Virus record (IMG/VR): IMGVR_UViG_3300031716_000017
Location: 1-46,745 of that record
DNA length: 46,745 nucleotides
Direction: 5' to 3' (one strand)
Origin: a virus
Taxonomy: Duplodnaviria; Caudoviricetes
The notes under the pieces were generated by a model. It was not told the origin of the DNA. It searched no databases and saw only the letters and a program-made list of their open reading frames with translations. The position numbers and the translations under genes are program-made. Position 1 is the stretch's first letter. The number at the start of each line of letters is the position of its first letter. Positions 43,818-46,745 of the stretch are shown here, piece by piece.

Positions 43818-45044
43818 ATGATCGGCGTCTTTCGCTATGACGTCGGGACCCTGGGGGACCTGCAACGCACGCCCCAGGGCGGATTCAGGATCCCAGCTTT
43901 CCCTACGCGCGTAGGTGTCTTCCCCTATCGCATGGCGGACGGGACCACGCGGCGAGAGTATCGGCCGCCGGAAGAAGTCCTGGATCCGGCTAGTCTCGCG
44001 ACGCTGGCGCATGCCCCGGTCACGGATCTACATCCGGAACAGGATGGGGTCCGAGTCCCGGTAACCCCCGATAACTACAAGGAACTGGCCCTGGGCCACG
44101 TGGCCGAGAACGTCAGGGCGGAAGGGGATCACGTCGCTTGTGATGTCCTGGCCCAGGACGCTGGCCTGATTCAGAAAATCGATCAGGGCCTTCGGAAAGA
44201 GTGTTCTTCCGGCTACACGTGTCAGATCGACCCTACGTCAGGGACCACGCCCCAGGGCGAAGTTTTTGACGTGATCCAGCGTCATATCCGCTATAATCAC
44301 CTGGCACTAGGCCCCGAAGGGTGGGGCCGGGCCGGCGGGACCGTGGCCTTGCGGTTGGACTCGGGGGACGGTATCCAGGACCCCCAGAAGGACGAACACG
44401 TGGAAAAGGAAACGATCGACGGCAAGGAATACATCGTGGGCTCGGCTGAATGGCGAGCGGCCAAGAACGCTGTACTGGCCAGGATCACGGCCGAGCGGGA
44501 CGCCGCCCAGGGTCGGGCGGACGCGGCCGAACAGGGCCTGGCCAGAGCAAAGGCCGCGGTTCCCGATCCCAAGGTCTTCCAAACCGCGGTTACTCGCCGC
44601 GTGGCCCTGATCACGGACTGCCGGCGCGTGGCCAGCGCGGCGCGTGTCACTTTCGACGAAGCGAAGGCCGCCGTCGCCGACGATCAGAACCTGATCCTGG
44701 AAGCGATCATGCTTCTGGATCCCACGTTCAAGGCCGAAGGGAAGTCCCCCGAATACCTGGCCGGATATTTCGCGTCCCTGGTCAAGGGTCTGGGCGCGGG
44801 GGAAGCGGCCGAAGGGCTGGACGCCAAGAACGCGACCCAGACCACGGGAACGCCGCCGGGCCCCATGCCGCCCCCGGGGACCCAGAAGACGGACGCGGCC
44901 CAGGGGTCGATCTTCTCGGCCCGCCAGGGGAACCCGATCACGAAGACGGACGCGGCCGAACAGGAACCCGATCCGGAAAAGGCGCGGCAGGAAATGCTGA
45001 CCCGCAACCGGAACGCCTGGAAACCGTCCCAGAAGACGAACTGA
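43818..45044 (+). CDS. Prohead protease/scaffold (DUF2213-like)
   Basis: RVGVFPY, EYRPPEEV, PVTDLHP, ECSSGY, NHLAL...GRAG; coiled-coil C-half. Confidence 0.85.
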   Translation: MIGVFRYDVGTLGDLQRTPQGGFRIPAFPTRVGVFPYRMADGTTRREYRPPEEVLDPASLATLAHAPVTDLHPEQDGVRVPVTPDNYKELALGHVAENVRAEGDHVACDVLAQDAGLIQKIDQGLRKECSSGYTCQIDPTSGTTPQGEVFDVIQRHIRYNHLALGPEGWGRAGGTVALRLDSGDGIQDPQKDEHVEKETIDGKEYIVGSAEWRAAKNAVLARITAERDAAQGRADAAEQGLARAKAAVPDPKVFQTAVTRRVALITDCRRVASAARVTFDEAKAAVADDQNLILEAIMLLDPTFKAEGKSPEYLAGYFASLVKGLGAGEAAEGLDAKNATQTTGTPPGPMPPPGTQKTDAAQGSIFSARQGNPITKTDAAEQEPDPEKARQEMLTRNRNAWKPSQKTN

Positions 45045-45056
45045 GAGGAACCGCCT

Positions 45057-45599
45057 ATGGCCTTCGTTCAAATCCCCCAGATCGATTACCCCCTGATCCC
45101 CGGGCCGGCGTTCCCCGGCATGCTGGCCGATTCGGGCGATCACGACATCGCGACCGGGATCGCCGAAGTGGCCCTGGACGTCGGGCTGGGGGTCGTGGTC
45201 GGGTCCGTGACCAGCCCAGGGTTCGGAACCGGGACGGCCGGCGCGTCCGGACCCAGCGTCAAGCTTCCCGCCAGTTCGGGGGATGTGGCGAACCTTCTCT
45301 GGGGCGTGACCCAGTATCTGGCCGCCCGCGAACCCCAGCCGGATATCGCGCCGAACCGCTACCGGATCGGAGACGCGATCCCGTGCGTCAAGGTGGGCCG
45401 GATCTGGGTTCAGGTGGACGCGACGTCCGGCGCTTCTCTCGTGGATCAGGGTCCCGTGTTCCTGGTCTATTCGGGTGCGAACGCGGGCAAGTTCCGCGGG
45501 GATACCGGGGGAGGGACCGCGGCCCAGATCACGAACGCCAAGGTTCTGACCGGCGGTCTGGCCGGCGGGGTCGCCAGGATCCGCGTGAACCTGCTCTGA
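45057..45599 (+). CDS. Head decoration/cement protein
   Basis: PGMLAD, G.GVV, GRIWV; between scaffold and capsid. Confidence 0.75.
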   Translation: MAFVQIPQIDYPLIPGPAFPGMLADSGDHDIATGIAEVALDVGLGVVVGSVTSPGFGTGTAGASGPSVKLPASSGDVANLLWGVTQYLAAREPQPDIAPNRYRIGDAIPCVKVGRIWVQVDATSGASLVDQGPVFLVYSGANAGKFRGDTGGGTAAQITNAKVLTGGLAGGVARIRVNLL

Positions 45600-45632
45600 G
45601 ATCAGCCAGGACGAAGAAGGGACGATCAGGTC

Positions 45633-46610
45633 ATGTTCAACCGACAAAGGGTAGAAAAGCTTCTGGCCGATCTCGGGTTCCGAGCGGACGCGGCCGAACC
45701 GGAATGGCGGTTGGACAGCGGTGAAACCGCCGCGTTCACCCGTCAACTGATGTGGATCGAAACGGCGATCTACGAAACGGAATATCCCGAGAACCGGGCT
45801 CGCCAGTTCATCCCGGAAGACGGTTCGGTCGCGAATTGGGCCGAAACCTACACCTGGCGGATCTGGAACTGGGCGGCCATGGCCACGCTGATCAGCCGCT
45901 ATTCCGATGATTTGCCCGCGGTCGACGTGATGGCCGCAGAGAAGATCCAGAAGATCGAATCTCTGGGCGTCAGCTTCGGATATTCGATCCAGGACCTCCG
46001 CGCGGCCAGCCGCCTGAACATGCCGCTGGATACCGAGAAAGGGGATCTCGCCAGGAGAACGATCGAAAACAAGATCGAAAATCTGGCCGTCTTCGGGGAC
46101 GCGACGTCCGGGCTTCCCGGCTTCGTCAACATGCCCAACGTCCCGATCCTCAGTTCCCCCACGGACCTGACCGGGAACTGGCTGACGGGCGCGACCCCCA
46201 AGGAAATCTTGGCGGACATGCACGCAATGCCGAACGCGGTTGACGAAAACACGAAGGGGACGCACAAGGCGAACACCCTTCTTCTTCCGCGCCGGCATTA
46301 CCGCCACATCGCGACCACGACGCTCAACGATTTCACGTCCGAAACCATCATGACCACGTTCCTGAAACAGTCGGACACGGTTCGCCAGGTGGATCAGTGG
46401 AACTATCTGGACACGGCTTCGAACGCGTCCGGACCGCTGGCCGTCTGTTACGAGAAGAATCCCCGCGTGGTCAAGCTGGTCATCCCCCAGCCCTTCGAAA
46501 TGATGCCACCCCAGGCGGCAAACCTGGCGTTCAAGATCCCGTGTCACGCCAGGTACGGCGGGGTAAGCTGGCGCTACCCCATGGCCGCGGTTTACGGGGT
46601 CGGACTGTAG
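45633..46610 (+). CDS. Major capsid protein (DUF2184-like)
   Basis: 325 aa; RQL..IE..IYE..YP, GYSIQDL..A, G..N.PNV, GGV..RYP.A. Confidence 0.92.
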   Translation: MFNRQRVEKLLADLGFRADAAEPEWRLDSGETAAFTRQLMWIETAIYETEYPENRARQFIPEDGSVANWAETYTWRIWNWAAMATLISRYSDDLPAVDVMAAEKIQKIESLGVSFGYSIQDLRAASRLNMPLDTEKGDLARRTIENKIENLAVFGDATSGLPGFVNMPNVPILSSPTDLTGNWLTGATPKEILADMHAMPNAVDENTKGTHKANTLLLPRRHYRHIATTTLNDFTSETIMTTFLKQSDTVRQVDQWNYLDTASNASGPLAVCYEKNPRVVKLVIPQPFEMMPPQAANLAFKIPCHARYGGVSWRYPMAAVYGVGL

Positions 46611-46619
46611 CCTTCCCAG

Positions 46620-46745
46620 GACCGTCCCGCCCCCGAGGCCCCAGCCCCAGCGGAACGCGGCAAACCGCGGCCCTGGGGCCTTGTGGGTGAAAGGACGGGA
46701 GAATGGGAAACCCCTACACGAACACGCGCCCCAGCAAGGTCTCTT
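46620..46745. repeat. Terminal direct repeat, right copy
   Basis: Identical to 2-127. Confidence 0.95.

Noticed and set aside
44234-44243. Sixth operator copy (TACGTCAGGG) in the protease gene
   Set aside because: Only a half-site, inside coding sequence, with no promoter boxes
1223-46547. Long antisense or alternate-frame ORFs (e.g. 1223-3148, 26910-28661, 44307-46547)
   Set aside because: Shadow ORFs of high-GC genes with Arg/Gly/Pro-rich nonsense composition, fully overlapping well-supported genes
46620-46745. Terminal repeat as biological direct terminal repeats
   Set aside because: The 126-127 bp length matches an assembler k-mer overlap and it cuts through a gene; read as circularisation only

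Overview
The window is an apparently complete, circularly permuted ~46.6 kb genome of a high-GC contractile-tailed (myovirus-type) phage; bases 2-127 repeat at 46620-46745 (assembly overlap). The + strand carries the neck, tail, baseplate and fibre genes (85-15304), a replication/recombination block (23281-40026: XRE regulator, primase-helicase, ParB-like protein, DEDDh and Cas4-like nucleases, SF2 helicase, family A polymerase, RuvC-like resolvase, Mom-like protein, adenine methyltransferase) and the packaging/head genes (40026-46610). A - strand accessory block (15298-22761) is built from cassettes driven by five near-identical sigma70-type promoters, each with the same 18-bp palindrome in its spacer. 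The least expected features are: a ~620-nt non-coding, hairpin-rich transcript punctuated by tRNA-Glu and a degenerate tRNA-like element; a TerS-like gene plus head-fibre-like gene ~19 kb from terL on the opposite strand; an iteron-bracketed putative origin; context-dependent GAG/CTGC avoidance; and no recognisable integrase or lysis cassette. All protein family calls come from motif recognition and synteny by eye; no database search or folding program was run. A Myxococcota-like host is a weak inference.
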